This document shows, in pieces, positions 1 to 1,138 of a stretch of 1,138 nt of DNA. The notes below the pieces were generated by a model. That model worked only from the letters and a program-made list of their open reading frames with translations, did no database searches and was not told the origin of the DNA. Location of the stretch: the NCBI RefSeq assembly GCF_003334305.1, contig NZ_QOWS01000061.1. One strand, 5' to 3'. Origin of the DNA: Escherichia coli. Lineage in GTDB: Bacteria > Pseudomonadota > Gammaproteobacteria > Enterobacterales > Enterobacteriaceae. The stretch's first letter is position 1. Every line of letters starts with the position of its first letter. Position numbers and translations under genes: made by a program.

Positions 1-159
1 CAGCCTGCCGTGACGGTCATACCGGTAAAGATAGTGCGCGTCACGGGCGATACGGTTATCCGGCCACATGCTGAGGGCGCTGTCCGGGTGCAGCTCCGGG
101 TCGGGCAGGCGGTTACCTGCCGGGTCTGTGGCATACGGGATATCAATGCCCAGGTTACA
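1..159 (-). CDS. Orphan / 5'-truncated Rhs core fragment (start-less, may be annotated as pseudogene); encodes an internal Rhs core segment with a YD repeat and continues past the window edge
   Basis: Minus-strand translation of 159..1: [53 protein letters not shown]. It contains the canonical YD-repeat pattern YxYDxxGRL and a segment I recall from E. coli-type Rhs cores ([21 protein letters not shown]...). It is in the same frame as the immunity ORF, directly after its TAA and a 27-nt AT-rich linker (186..160). No ATG or SD at its 5' boundary. GC-rich like the core at 966..1138. Confidence 0.7.
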
Positions 160-186
160 TATAATAATAAGAGCAATTAACTTAAT

Positions 187-513
187 TTATTTGTTTATAA
201 TACGCTTACTTAATACAAACCATTGAATATACCCTCCTGACAGAAAATAAAGCCATATTATTATCGCCATAATATACTTACTATCAATCCTTACGCCAAT
301 AATGTCTGATACAGTCCCTATAAATATTAGAGCAATAAAGAATACTATGCCTGTTGGAAAACATATTACCATCATTCCATAAGACATGAGACTAATTAAC
401 TCGCTCACATCACGAGTGGAGTCTAATAGTGAAAGTCTATGCATGGAAAAGAATAGTATTAAAAGCGATAAAGCCAGCCATATAGCTCTGAATAAAAAAA
501 TAATATATTTCAT
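187..513 (-). CDS. Small integral membrane protein (108 aa, about 3 predicted transmembrane helices); putative cognate Rhs immunity protein (RhsI)
   Basis: Complete ORF ATG(513..511) to TAA(189..187). The start overlaps the toxin stop by 1 nt (TAATG). GGAG Shine-Dalgarno at 524..521, 7 nt upstream of the ATG. Three hydrophobic stretches (about residues 5-23, 43-66, 80-100) in [22 protein letters not shown]... The position immediately 3' of an Rhs-CT is the canonical immunity gene location. AT-rich like the toxin domain. Confidence 0.78.
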   Translation of the reverse strand: MKYIIFLFRAIWLALSLLILFFSMHRLSLLDSTRDVSELISLMSYGMMVICFPTGIVFFIALIFIGTVSDIIGVRIDSKYIMAIIIWLYFLSGGYIQWFVLSKRIINK

Positions 514-1138
514 TACATCACTCCGGTGAATACAAATCTAATAAAACGTCCAATGTTATTTCCGGAGCACTTCATCTTACATGTTTCTAAAGAATCATTA
601 GACCAGTCTTGGCAGTTTTTAAATAGCCCTAAATTTATAGGTGTGAATATATCAGGCAATACAGAATAACGCGGCCTTACCTCTTTAAACTTCCCTTTTA
701 AACAGTTCTCCACACAACTATTATCGGTTTCAACGAGGTCACAACGGCCAGCAGCTTCTTTTGTATCATTACTTGCTTTACCTGGCCCCCATAGACCATC
801 TCCTTTTGATTCTCCCCGTTGGTCTTGGCCACCACAAGTATAGTCCCCTTTACCATCTGGGACACAAAGATATTGATGATAGAACGGATTCCCCCATATA
901 TCTGGACCGCTTCTTTCACCAGTTCCGCCCATTGAATGCAGTGGCTTAATGCATTTTAGTGTTTCTAATCCTAATGGATCTATATTTGAGATCGGATTCA
1001 ACGGATACTGATAAAAATTCCATCCCCCCTTCAGCCCAATCGGATCCTGAGTGATATACCTCCCCTGCAGCGGGTCATAATAGCGGTGGCGGTTGTAATA
1101 CAGGCCGGACTCCTCATCATACTGCTGCCCCGGCAGCC
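513..1138 (-). CDS. Rhs family polymorphic toxin, 3' portion (5'-partial, continues beyond window edge): end of conserved RHS repeat-associated core (1138..966) followed by a variable Cys-rich C-terminal toxin domain (965..516), stop TAA at 515..513
   Basis: My own minus-strand translation in the frame of the 513..1001 track ORF runs without a stop from the window edge: [57 protein letters not shown], then the track ORF sequence. This matches the consensus of the RHS repeat-associated core domain (YDPxxGRxxxxDPIGLxGGxNxYxYxxNPxxxxDPxGL). The track's M at 1001 is a TTG codon inside this conserved segment (Leu of YPL), not a real start. GC-rich core sequence gives way to AT-rich sequence right after the DPLGL codons. 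Confidence 0.85.
   Translation of the reverse strand, partial: LPGQQYDEESGLYYNRHRYYDPLQGRYITQDPIGLKGGWNFYQYPLNPISNIDPLGLETLKCIKPLHSMGGTGERSGPDIWGNPFYHQYLCVPDGKGDYTCGGQDQRGESKGDGLWGPGKASNDTKEAAGRCDLVETDNSCVENCLKGKFKEVRPRYSVLPDIFTPINLGLFKNCQDWSNDSLETCKMKCSGNNIGRFIRFVFTGVM
521..524 (-). promoter_or_regulatory. Shine-Dalgarno (GGAG) for the immunity gene, located inside the 3' end of the toxin coding sequence
   Basis: Minus-strand sequence ...TTCACCGGAGTGATGTAATG: GGAG at 524..521, 7-nt spacer, ATG at 513..511. Confidence 0.5.

Noticed and set aside
8-46. 8-bp perfect inverted repeat ccgtgacg (8..15) / cgtcacgg (39..46) with a 23-nt loop
   Set aside because: Lies within coding sequence of the Rhs core fragment, is short with a long loop and has no following T-tract; likely coincidental rather than a terminator or regulatory hairpin.
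67-69. ATG (minus strand) as a possible start for an independent gene in the GC-rich downstream region
   Set aside because: It is an internal Met within a contiguous Rhs core-like segment (SALSMWPDN) and has no convincing Shine-Dalgarno upstream; the homology begins about 80 nt 5' of it.
514-600. Possible internal sigma70 promoter for the immunity gene within the toxin 3' end
   Set aside because: Only weak hexamer resemblance (for example TTGGAC with no acceptable -10 at 16-18 bp spacing); AT-rich DNA produces many such partial matches; not supportable without expression data.
698-919. 73-aa minus-strand ORF nested inside the toxin CDS in another frame
   Set aside because: Fully embedded in the better-supported Rhs-CT reading frame, with no recognisable motif and no independent start signal; most likely a chance ORF.
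761-949. 62-aa plus-strand ORF antisense to the toxin CDS
   Set aside because: Antisense to a strongly supported CDS, short, with a Pro/His/Leu-rich low-complexity translation; no RBS evident; likely spurious.
999-1001. Start codon of the 513..1001 track ORF
   Set aside because: The codon is TTG and lies inside the conserved Rhs core motif (Leu of YQYPLNP); the frame stays open upstream to the window edge with strong Rhs core similarity, so the true start is far upstream, outside the window.

Overview
This window reads as part of an Rhs (rearrangement hotspot / YD-repeat) polymorphic-toxin locus, with all genes on the minus strand. From high to low coordinates: (i) the 3' end of a main rhs gene (1138..513), where a GC-rich conserved core ending in the DPxGL hallmark (DPLGL, 980..966) is followed by an AT-rich, Cys-rich C-terminal domain of about 150 aa with no family I can recognise; (ii) a 108-aa predicted three-helix membrane protein (513..187) whose ATG overlaps the toxin stop (TAATG), the expected position for the cognate immunity gene; (iii) GC-rich DNA (159..1) that, in the same frame and with no start codon, encodes an Rhs core segment with a canonical YD repeat (YRYDRHGRL), consistent with a start-less orphan rhs fragment. 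The composition switches sharply at about 965 and about 160, bracketing the toxin/immunity cassette. The core sequences resemble Enterobacteriaceae (E. coli-type) Rhs proteins from memory; no search was run. The candidate novelty is the unclassified Cys-rich toxin domain paired with an integral-membrane immunity protein.
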